DNA of 63,946 bases, counting the filler, from Sluysia triapertura (taxonomy: Eukaryota): the NCBI GenBank assembly GCA_046118255.1. It is 5 parts of 5 records of this genome, joined end to end, with 100 filler letters (N's around TTAATTAATTAA, not from the genome) between each part and the next. Parts side by side here need not be neighbours in the genome. Positions count along the whole stretch, not along the records: positions 52,869 to 63,946 come from JBJNIA010189253.1; 4 more parts are not named here. One strand, given 5' to 3'. Position 1 is the stretch's first letter. The number at the start of each line of letters is the position of its first letter. The notes beneath the pieces were generated by a model that was given only the letters and a program-made list of their open reading frames with translations, made no database searches and had not been told where the DNA came from. Positions 52,769-63,946 of this stretch are shown here, piece after piece. Both the position numbers and the translations under genes were made by a program.

Positions 52769-52868
52769 NNNNNNNNNNNNNNNNNNNNNNNNNNNNNNNN
52801 NNNNNNNNNNNNTTAATTAATTAANNNNNNNNNNNNNNNNNNNNNNNNNNNNNNNNNNNNNNNNNNNN
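52769..52868. other. Assembly linker gap
   Basis: 44N-TTAATTAATTAA-44N. Confidence 0.97.
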
Positions 52869-52880
52869 TTATTATTATTA

Positions 52881-52944
<64 letters not shown>

Positions 52945-53041
52945 TAGGTCAGTTTTCATGATAGTACCTGCTTTGTGTATTCTTCTCATTTTATTGGGTA
53001 TTTTCAAAGGTAGTAAAAGAGTATCCAAAACGCAATAGTCA

Positions 53042-53073
<32 letters not shown>

Positions 53074-54482
53074 TATTATTATTATTATTATTATTATTAT
53101 TTTACTATACTTTACTTTATTCCCTTAATTGATGCGTACTGGTATTATTTTATCCTATGTTATTTACATACAAATAACATAAAATTTGCATTTTGATATC
53201 CTTTTAAACCTATTTTTGTTCTTTTGTCTTTTATTCATATTGTAATGTCATGAATTTCATTTTTATTTTTAATTGTAATTTGAAAAAATAAACTGTTGTA
53301 TTAAGATTTATTCTATATAAATCTTAAAATAATAATAATAATAATTATTATTATTATTATAATATTTTTAATAATTAATGACATGAGTTATATTTTTTAT
53401 AGAAATTCTTTACTTTATTAACTATACTAAGTTTTTGAACAAATTGTTATTCTGCTACCTTAACACTTTGATACGTCGTCGCAAACATGACTGAGTGACA
53501 ATATTCGGTAACGTAGTTATCCAATTTCTATATTACTTTTTTTTCTAGCCAAATAAAAACCAGTTGCTGCAGCAATGTTAGTCTTTGATTTTAATTATTT
53601 ATTTTTTCAGTTTTTTTAAATGTATATCTACATTTAATTTTAAATAGGTTCAAAACGTATTAGTTTAAATTTATGAACCTTTTTTAAACTCTAAAAATGA
53701 ACGTTGCTTTTAAGATAAGAAAATAATTTATTTTAATAAATATGTTGATTAAAACAACAGTTTGTAATACACATTTTCGAATTAGTAACTGATGAAGTTG
53801 AAATATCTAAACTTTAGGCTTTAGTTCGGCGCAATAATAATAATAAAATTTGTTTTTGTTTCTTTTATTTAGTGTTACAATATCTACTTAATATTTATAA
53901 ATAGTATATTAAGGATTTATTAAGCACACTATGGAGATGTTTATTTTCGATTCGGTTCAGTCTCATAATTAAATAAAGAATTCGAAAAAATGATAATAAA
54001 TTTTAAATTTGCATGTCAACATTATAAAATAAAATATGTTTACTCTTTACAATCTTTTTCTTCAATAATTCAATCATATAAACTGTACGTTGTTTAAACT
54101 TGATTTGATATCTCAAATGATATCATATTATCTTAAAGTTAATTTTTCATTTGAATTAGCGCCGCAATGATTATTTAAAAACAAATGTTAAAATGTCAGT
54201 AAAATTTTTTTCCAAAAAGTCAATAACAATATTAAAAGTAGGAAGCTACCACAATTTACAATACTTCACATATTGTACAAATGTTTCACTGTGTAATAAG
54301 TTATTCAAATAATTAAATTTATTTGTAAACAATTTATTTTTATAATATTGTAAACGATACCTTATTATCAACTAAGATTACATTTTCTTATTAGTATTGT
54401 CAACTGCTATCACCATCATCTCCTAATCATCCTTAATTATAATTACTATTATTAATTATTATTTTCATTATAATTATAATAA

Positions 54483-54544
<62 letters not shown>

Positions 54545-55426
54545 GAAATTTAAGTTTCGGAATATAAATCTACCAAAATCATCTATCTACCAGATTTTAA
54601 TGCAAGAATGTAATTTAAATTCAAATATTTAATTTAATATTTTTTAATTAAACATTAATTTTGATATTGAATATTGAAATAATTGATAACTTTTTTGTAG
54701 TTTGTAACATTGTTATGATAAAGAATTGTCATTTTTAATAATTTTTAATCATTTTTATATTTGTAATGTTTATTTAGTAAAACAATCACTATATGATTTA
54801 TGTGTTAATGTTAAATTATGACTAAAATTTCGATAGATTCTAGAAATAGCTGTTTTAGTGTTTTTTTAATGTATTGATTTTCATATAGATTTTACAACAA
54901 TACTTTTCATATTTATACAACAATTGAATATATTTCTCTACGATATGGCACATTGTTTTGTGTCAAATGTGGAATTTGAAGAAAAATTAAAGTTTTCTTA
55001 ATAAAAACATATTTCAGTTTTGTTTATTTTAATATGTTTAAGTGTAACATGCAAGCGAAATTATTGTTTGTTGTAGATAATTTCTTCGAAAGAAAGTATT
55101 TCCACGGTTTAAAACAAAATGATTAAATGTACTATATTATACACTGGCTGAGTTGGTGTAGATGCATTTATGACAAATAGTTATGTAACTTAACTGCACT
55201 TTATTTAGATTTACAGTAATTAAGAAAATAAGTTAGTTGCTCTAATATTGCCAACATAAGGTTATGTTCAATATATGTGTATTAATACCAATGTATGAAC
55301 AAAGCATTAGAATTTGAATCCATTATAAGAGGTTCGTATTAAGATATAATGTGAAAAGTACAAACATATAAAACTTTATGTATTTACCTCTTGCATGATG
55401 TATTTGCTTAATATATGAAAAACATC

Positions 55427-56600
55427 TAGTGGCCAACACTCATAATTAAAATCCGTCAAAAATTCATTCTTTGTTCACAGATTTAATGTCACTAAAATTC
55501 AAATTTTAAAATAATCACACTTTTCACTTACAAACTACACAAACACCATAAAATAACATTCGATATTTATAACACCTCATCAACTCACATATATCAACAA
55601 TTTAATTAACATTTCAACCATCCATAGCATAACAAACTTCGACATTTAACCTCGAACAATTCACAACATTTACTCATAAGATATTTGATCAAACAAATTA
55701 TAATCACAATATAAAGTACACAAGTCATAAACATAACAACATTATTCAACAACGCCAACAAGTACCTTAGAGGCATATATCATTTCTATCTAAAACCTTA
55801 ATCAACAACACCGAGCTAAATCCACTTCACAGACTTATATTCATCACTCACAACTACTCTCAATAACATTATGGTTTATTAAAATGTATTTTGTAATCGC
55901 TATTCAAATTAAAATAACTTCTACCTTTCAATAAGCATTTAAACCATTAAATCTTGTTTTCAAACTATAAACCTTCAATAAGTTTCAATAAATGCTTCTA
56001 ACATTCGTTATTTCACTTACAATCTAAACCATTACAACTGTTAAAAACAAATTTAAGATAACTTTAAAACATTCATTATCGCACTGTGAAGCAACTACAA
56101 ATGAAACATCACATATACCTTGTTGCCGTTGCTCCTTCACAGTTTATTAATTGATTTTGCTCCTTTTTATTCGATTTATATGTTATAGAAAGAAAAGAAA
56201 TATAAAGAATAAGATCATGTTAATGTTTATAGAAAGACTTTTAAAGATTTATGCTGTTTTTAACTTTATAACAATAATAATAACAATGATCTTATCAATC
56301 TTGTTATTGTTATTGTTGTTATTATTATCTTTGCACTTTAAATAAAATTTAATCATTGCTGTTCAAACCGGTTGCTGCCATCACCAACGATGACAGTCTA
56401 TGTATAATTTTCATTAGACTGTCAACGTTGATGACGGTCAGTAATCAGTCATCAGTTATTATTTCTCTGCACGTTAATCTATCTACCAAATGTCACCCAA
56501 TCAGAGTACAGCATTACAAAATACTAATTACTTACTTTCCAATGCTCTGATTGGGTAGACAAAATTAGACAGAGTTAAGCAAAAATAGTCACAATTAAAA
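55427..56600 (+). repeat. Interspersed C/A-rich repeat family, copy 3, ending in double-hairpin module
   Basis: The 5' ~230 bp match copies 1 and 2. Hairpins at 56370-56446 (TGACAG arms) and 56495-56556 (acccaatcagag/ctctgattgggt). Confidence 0.7.
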
Positions 56601-57158
56601 ATTTTGTGTAAAAAAATTAAAAATTTTGTGTTACAATTAAAAGCAGTATCATTAAAAAATTATAAAGTAATATAATAGTATCGTATTCAAAAAAAAATTT
56701 CCAGACGCAATTAAAAAATTATACTTTTATTTTCCCAAACTTATTAAATTAAAACTCAATAACTAAATAATTAAAAATCTCGATATATTCTTTATATTAT
56801 CACAAGATTACAACCTAAATATATAAATAACTCTTTATAATAATGAAAATACAAATTATACTTTATAACAATGATCGTACAAATTATTCTTTATAACAAT
56901 TTAAGTCATTATTCAATGACAAATATTAACTAGAGTGACACAACTTATTTAAATTTTCGGACCCGTTAACGCAAAATATAAACACTAAGAAAAATATTAC
57001 TAACCCTTGTTCTAAAAAGAAAATAGTTTATTTGAGTCAATTACTAAAGAAATAAATTTAGTATCGCCGTTATCCACAGATGAACTAAAGCAGCTTCCCT
57101 ACAGTTGAAAAGTTATTCTATTTTTCTTTACTCGGCTTTGTTTCTGTTTTTATTGCAG

Positions 57159-57300
57159 AAATTTAACTGTTTATGTAACAGTTTTATGGCAATTAGTGAA
57201 ATTAAAAATCAGAAATCGAACAAGACAGAAATTAAAGCTGTCTACTTTCTTTTAGTCGGAAATAAGCCGACTTATTTCACCGATTAAATGTTGACAGCTA
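57159..57300 (+). pseudogene. Ras-family small GTPase fragment (G4 region, RERG/RASL-like)
   Basis: After acceptor 'tttttattgcag' (57158): NSFMAISEIKNQ...VYFLLVGNK then, allowing a 1-nt deletion, ADLFHRLNVD, i.e. the LVGNKxDL motif. Confidence 0.5.
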
Positions 57301-57603
57301 TTTCCATCTATGTTCAACTTCATATCATTCTAATTATCTAAAGATAATGGGATTTGTGGCAAACAAATCTAATTAAAATTTAAAATAATTGTTACATTGC
57401 TTTTATAATAACAACGTAATTTGTCAACTTAATTTAAGGATAAAATTAATGAAATAATAAATTTATTTCTCACAGGAGTATTTTGTAATAATACGTTGTG
57501 CGTCAACCGTACGTTGCATGTCTAGTTCAATAACAGATTTGTATTAGTCTCTCTATAAGCATGAATTTGATATGTACTTTATTAATATTTAGACATCTGA
57601 ACA

Positions 57604-59770
57604 TATTTAACTTTAATTTTAAATTATAAAAATTAATTAAAATAACTAATTTTTACGTTATCTACGTTGACGTTCTTCGCAATACTTCATCATTAAAAAC
57701 ACTAATAAAACTCAATATTATACACTAAAACAATATCATTTTATCATGAGCAAACATTTTTATTGAATTATCAAATTAAACAAATTTTAATTAAGTTAAT
57801 TAAGAAATGTATTTTAATATTTTAACAAATAAAACCTTGTAAAAAGTTATTTCTTCATGTTTCTCATTATTTTGTTTTAATTTAAGCATTTTTATACTTA
57901 TCATACCATTACAGTTCATCATAATACCTCATCTTAATTTTTAATAATGTTGAACTTATTCTGTTATCCTTAGTCTTGACCCTTACATCTACCTTTATCC
58001 TTCACCAATCCCAACAATTTACCAGATTTACGATTTAATATAACATTCATTTCTATACTATTTACTATCTGAAATTATTTATTGCCATCCAAAACTCTAA
58101 TCTTCTAGCATCCTATTTTCAAATCCTATTTTAAAAATGACATAAATTCCAGAATATTTCATTTATTATGTAGTTTTATTTTATAAAATCTCTTGATATA
58201 TACTTTGGTAGAATCATATTAAAAATGCTTTTAAGTTTATATTTTTCAAGTCTTATTTTAAGTAATCACTAAACATCATCTTGCAATCTAACATGAAAAA
58301 CAGATTTAATCAAGTTTCGTAACGAGTCTTAAACACAACCCTAGTCGGTTCAAACATAAGTTAATATGTAAAGCCTTCTCAAGTTTAGCACATCTACGCA
58401 ATTTGTATAGATTTAAGTCACCACCATAATCTTTATTTAACAAATTATCTTACTAAAATCATGTGGAAGTTTGTTAGTATTGGACACAGGCGAACTTACT
58501 AACTCGATTTTATTAATTTATGGTCGTAGATTACTTATGTTATAAAAGTCAAATCAATATCAAAAATTTGAAGAATTGATGTATATATTTAATTAAAATG
58601 TTCACTTTGTGAAGTGTTATGTCAAAAAACCTCTTTGATAGCTAATTTATTATCTTTATTGTCGTTATTGTGTTTTCGGATCAACCCGGTTTTTTCCCCC
58701 CAGAGCGATCAACCTGGTTTTTTCCCCCGGGTTCAAATCTTGTTTTTGACATTTTAAAAAATAATATTATTTTAATTCATAATATTTAAATAAAAAAATA
58801 AATAATATTCAAAAAAATATAATAAAATATAAAAAAACAATTCCTATTATTAAAATAAAAACAAAATTCACAAACTCATACTTGTGACACACGCTATCAT
58901 GCTCATAACTAAAATCCTTTAAACACTTATAAGAAGAGTTAGGGTTAGGGTTAGGGTTAGGGCTAAAATATTAAAATATCAAAATATCAAAATATTAAAA
59001 TATTAAAAAAATAATAATTAATTATCAACCCGGTTTTTTTCCCCCGGGGGAAAAAAACCGGGTTGATCCGAATTTTGGTATTAAAACTTTAATTTTATTT
59101 GTATTATGTATTTCTGTGAGTCCTCTATAATACTGGGCTTACAAACTTAAGGGCCTATATACAGATGTCAGAACAAGATTATGGTTGTACGAATTGGAGG
59201 TCAAATATAATTTAGATTTGGTGTTAGCTAAATTCGTAGAGATTATAATCTTCGTCAGTTTATATAAAATCTAAAATGATCAATTATGTATGAATATTTA
59301 GATTTATTGTATTGGGACTGTTCATTTAGTGTAAGAAAGTAGATAAAAAGTAAACGAATTTAAAATATACATATGGAAAAGTATTATGAAATATACGAAA
59401 TATGATAATATAAACTTAATTAAATATTTCTACAACAAAAGTAATGAACAGTAAAATGTTTAAAATCATTTTGAAACCGAAAAATACCTTAGAGTTCCAA
59501 AGACCTTTGTAGGGTATTCAGACCCTTGTGAAAACTTAAGTTACGTTTGGAAAGGTGTCTCGAGGTATGAAGATACCTTTAAACTTCTGAACCTTGGGAT
59601 CATTTGAAACCTTGTTGATCTTTTGAATCTTCGAAAATGTTAATTTAATTAAATTCCAAAAACTAAAAGTTAAATTCATCATTTGCTAGTTATTTTCTTA
59701 TACTTAAGCAAATTATCTGAAGAGTCGGTCCGCCTAATATATGCGCTTTATACCAAAATTGGAGACGTAT
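57604..59770 (+). repeat. Diverged direct repeat, copy A (with insertions)
   Basis: 57604-58000 aligns with 60874-61255, and 59330-59600 with 61395-61655 (e.g. aacagtaaaatgttta.aatcatt.tgaaaccgaa...tttgtagggtatt). Confidence 0.85.
58675..59072. mobile_element. TIR element (MITE) with internal (TTAGGG)4
   Basis: ~26-bp TIRs TTCGGATCAACCCGGT(6-7)CCCCC, extra subterminal copies of the same motif, (TTAGGG)4 at 58939-58962. Confidence 0.85.
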
Positions 59771-59917
59771 TATTAGGAATTTCTAAAATTTCTTATACTA
59801 ATTACTTTACTGTACTAATAATCGATTTCTATAGTTTCTTATACTTGGTGTTTGCCCAACACTTTAACTTATAGAATATTAATTAATTAAATTGATTTGA
59901 ATTTTATTTATATCTTA

Positions 59918-60281
59918 CGCAACCCTTTTTATAGTGTTGCTTTTAAAAAAATAATTAATAATTCCGCAACCCTTTTTATGGTGTTGCTTTAAAAATATCT
60001 TTATGATTTTATATTTACGCAACCCTTTTATGGTGTTGCTTATGAAAACTATTTTTATAAATTTAGAAATTACGCAACCCTTGTTATGGTGTTGCTTATG
60101 AAAAAGATTTTAAATTAATAATAAAAACTTAAAAACCTTCTTAAAACATATTATAACGCAAGGTTTAAAAACTTACAAAAATGATTTATAGTAATAATAA
60201 AATTTTAATGAACTACTCAAATATTACTTGGTAGTTTGTGATTTTAGATGTATATTTCGCAACCCTTTTTATGGTGTTGCT
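59918..60281. repeat. Array of five 23-24-bp palindromic repeats (CGCAACCCTTTTTATGGTGTTGCT) with non-identical AT-rich spacers
   Basis: Copies start at 59918, 59965, 60018, 60073 and 60258; spacers are 23, 29, 32 and 161 nt. Confidence 0.9.
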
Positions 60282-60873
60282 TTGAAAATAAAAATGATTT
60301 TAAGTATATTTTAGGTTTTCTGTGTTAGAGTAAAACCGTAGAAACCTATAATAATAATAATTACTTCGCTATCATGGAATTGAAAAAAATTGATGATTGA
60401 TATTGGTACCAAAATATTGAAATTTGTTCCCGAAGATCAAATGCTAAAATTTGCTCCTAAAAACTTGCTAAAATTCTGAAAAATTTTATTGTGTTGTTTA
60501 TTAAAAAAGCTCACCTATTTATATTTGATTAATTCCAATATGTCTTCTTGTTTTTTAAATTAATTTATTTAAACAAATAATTTCTTTTTTCTTTATTATT
60601 CTAAGATTTTAAACTAATAATCTTTTCATTATTAATTTTCTTTATTTTATTAATTTAATTTTTTCTTTAATTAATTTCAATTCCATTTATTATTTTATAT
60701 TTTAAATATTTTTATTTCTAATTTATTTAATATAATAATAATTATTATTTAAATAAAAATAAAAAATACACAAAATATACAAATTAAAATTAAAACAGAT
60801 AAACAGATAAATACAATTTGGAATTAGAACCTGATAAATTTGATATATACTTTACTTAAACTTAAGCATCATA

Positions 60874-61835
60874 ACATAACTTTAATTTTAAATTATAAAA
60901 ACTAATTAAAATAACTAATTTTTAAGTTATGCTCGTCGACGTGCTTTGTAAAACTTTATTATTAGAAATACTAATAAAAATTATCATTATGTACTAAATC
61001 TAATATTATTTTATCGTGAGCAAACATTTTTTATTAAAAGTTATCAAATTAAACAAATTTTAATTAAATTAATTAACAAATAATGTACTTTAATACTTTA
61101 ACAAATAAAACCTTATTTGTTTTTTTGTTTTGATTCCAGTATTTTATATGCTTAATCTATTATTATAATTCATCATAATGCTTTATCTTAGTTCCTCAAT
61201 GAGGTTTGAGTAATAAACCTTATGTTTTTTCTTAACCTTAACTAATCCCAACAGTTCCTCTTTGTTGCTGAGTAAATTATTATTTTATTCTTACAATAAA
61301 AATAAAACAATATTTAACTTCCTTAACTTAGTATTAGTGTCAACAAATTGGATTTACTAGATCTTATTAATTATGGGATTGTCTAGTTAGTGTATAGAAA
61401 ATAGGATAAAAGGTAAGAGAATTTAAAATATATAAAAAGTGATATAAAATAGCTGAAAGATGATATTGTAAATATAATTAAATATTTATAGAGCAAGGAT
61501 GATTAACAGTAAAATGTTTATAATCATTCTGAAACCGAAGAACACCTTGGAGTTCTAAAGACATTTGTAGGGTATTGAGACTTTTATGAAGATTTAAGTA
61601 ATGTTAGGAAAATGTCTTGAAATATGAAGATACCCTTAAACTTCTAAACCTTTCGAAGTTCTAAACCTTCTAAATCTTTTGAGACCTTCGAGTAATGTTG
61701 CAAAATGTTTGGAACCTTTGAAATGATCAAGAATTAAAATTTCGAGGTTTTCACTTATAAAATGCAAAAATATAATTCTGGAGACGAGTCCACCTAACAG
61801 AAACGTCTTATATCTGATCGAAGGAGGTTTATTAG
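60874..61835 (+). repeat. Diverged direct repeat, copy B
   Basis: See copy A. Confidence 0.85.
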
Positions 61836-62804
61836 TCTTTTAATATTAATTGAAGTAACTAAGATTGATCGTACAATTTTAGTTGGTCACGAACAGTTAA
61901 CAATAATTTACAGTAATTTTGTAAACAGTCACTTAGCAACATGAATCAGTCACGTAAGCAGCACTATTAGTTGCGTAATGCTTAGTTACGTAATCGTCAG
62001 AAGAAATTTAATTAATAATAATAATTTACAAGATTTTGAGTTAGCCTTTTTACAGTCTAACTTTGAAATCAGTACTTTAAATTAACGTTTAAGGTCTAAT
62101 TGTAAAATTTCTTTTTATATTTTAGTATATTGAAATTGAATTATTTAAACAAAACTAAATTTTATAAAAGTAAATGTTTAATGTTTAATTTATTTAATTT
62201 AAAAGATTTAAATTTATTAAATTTACTAAACATAATAAAAATAAATAATTTAATAAAAAATTCTAATAAATGTAATAATTTACAAATGGGAAATTCTAAT
62301 AAAAATGATAAATAAATGTATCTCATAATATTTGTGTTAGTGTTCTCTATATTGAAAAAAGTCGAATTTTAATTAATTCTTAATTTAAAATGCTAAAATT
62401 TTCATGTTTAGAATGATAAAAAGATAATGAATTGAATATGAAATGATTGCTATGAAATAGGATAATCCGAAATGAAGTTGAAATGTTTGTGAAATGGTTT
62501 GTTTAGGAATGAGAACCTTAAACATTTAAACATTTAAAAAGTTGAGTGTGATGAATTCAAAATTAATTAAACTGTAAAAACTAAAGTTAAATTCATTATT
62601 TTTAAGTATGTCAACAATAATAATTGTTATTTTAATGTAAGAAGTGATTCATGAAAAACTAGATCGAGTAGAGTAGAAGAAAAAAATAAGAGTTGATTGT
62701 TAATCGAATTGTGTTTTTCTTGATAGGTCATACCACGTAAATGTCAAAGTCGTGTAAAGGTTTTGATGACATGTGTAAAGGTAATTCCTGATTGTGAGTT
62801 TGAG

Positions 62805-62908
62805 AGTGATTGGAGTGATTGAGAGTGAGATATAAAAGCGAATACTTAAAAAGTTTCAACATAATCGTATCGCACAGTATTGAAGGGAAGATCCATGATT
62901 ATGGTAAA

Positions 62909-62955
<47 letters not shown>

Positions 62956-63168
62956 GTGGATAAATTTTGAATAATTTTCTGAATAATTTTTTGAATCAGT
63001 TAAGTTAATATTAAATTGATTTCATTTGGTTTTAATTGACTTTATTTGATTTTAATTGATTTTTGTTGAGAGACTCCTTACCCAAATTACTTTCTAGTTT
63101 TTCGGCTATCAAGTTAGAATAGAGCTACTCTATAATAAAACTATTATTATTGATTTCAATTTTTTCAG
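62805..63168 (+). promoter_or_regulatory. Candidate Pol II promoter with short first exon and intron
   Basis: GATTGG (~62808), TATAAAA (62831), donor g|gtaaat (62904), (TTA)n-containing intron, acceptor ttttttcag (63168). Confidence 0.4.
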
Positions 63169-63946
63169 ATATTGGCATTTTTTTAATATTGTTTGTTGCG
63201 TTTCCTTTGGTTTCTTTGGATTGATTATGGTGGTCGTAATATTGTCAAAAATTTTATGGCTAACTTCGAAATTAAGTTATTTTTCATTTAGTTTATTTAT
63301 ATTATTGTTCAAGTAGAGAATTATAATAACAATTTGTCCCGCGTCTACGATTAGAGGGAACGATTTTCCATTCTCAAGAAATCAATTCGTTTGAAAGGAA
63401 GGACAATCGGAAATCACCAGTTTGTTCTAAATAGTTTGTAAACTCACATTGAGCTATAATCTACACTTAAACTATTACTTTTCACGGTTGGTCATTAAGG
63501 CCAATCATAGAATCAATCTAAACTATAAATTCACGACACTTTAGTTGGCCCTTAAGGTCAATTATAAAATAATTATTTCAAGGTAGAGTCTAACGGCTAG
63601 ACCTTTATTATAATTTAAATATTATCTTTATTATAATTTTATTATTTCGGTGTTATTAGTAATCATATTTGTCGAAGTTATAATAATTTTATCTTATTTT
63701 GTGTCAAAAAAAATATTAGAAGATTTTCGAGTTCCTTTTATTATAATTGTCTTAATATTAACGTGTAACCTAAATTAAGTCTATAGTTATTTCACTCTAC
63801 GAATAATTCATAATTAATATATATTTTAATCGAAAATAGGTTGATTTCAATATTGTTTCATTAAATTTTAATAAGAAAATTCTAACGGTTATTATATTAG
63901 GATTTGGAGATGTAGGGAACTCGTCATATAGTATTCACCATAATTC

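Noticed and set aside
52813-53028. Poly-Asn ORF
   Set aside because: Microsatellite plus linker Ns; artefact.
58939-58962. Chromosome end or telomere fusion
   Set aside because: Only four units, internal to a TIR element.
59918-60281. True CRISPR array
   Set aside because: Eukaryotic context, no cas genes, irregular low-complexity spacers. Kept only as a CRISPR-like repeat.

Overview
Very AT-rich eukaryotic genomic DNA with spliceosomal introns, abundant (TTA)n microsatellites and TTAGGG repeats. Composition and short introns suggest a planarian/flatworm-like invertebrate (inference). The window is five contigs joined by artificial 100-nt linkers (44N-TTAATTAATTAA-44N). Only one apparently intact host gene is visible: a minus-strand, multi-exon CLIP3/CLIP4-like CAP-Gly gene (42.8-44.8 kb). 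The rest is transposon debris: a Sola2-like transposase relic, piggyBac element/MITEs, pogo-type MITEs, a hAT mini-element, an env-like ORF with PPT/LTR start, and a TIR element carrying (TTAGGG)4. The most notable signal is a recurring cassette type. Decayed fragments of unrelated host genes, fused sense-to-sense, sit behind a splice acceptor: dynein intermediate chain + exportin-2/CSE1L; otopetrin + glutamine synthetase; RBFOX RRM + CCCH finger; GT31 galactosyltransferase + unknown; a Ras-family GTPase piece. Several are preceded by a shared C/A-rich, double-hairpin (TGACA/CCAAT) promoter-like module or followed by a gag-like remnant, suggesting a mobile element family that captures and shuffles host gene fragments. 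A CRISPR-like array of 24-bp hairpin repeats with unique spacers lies between two diverged direct repeats near 60 kb. All homology calls are by eye from recalled family motifs; no searches were run.
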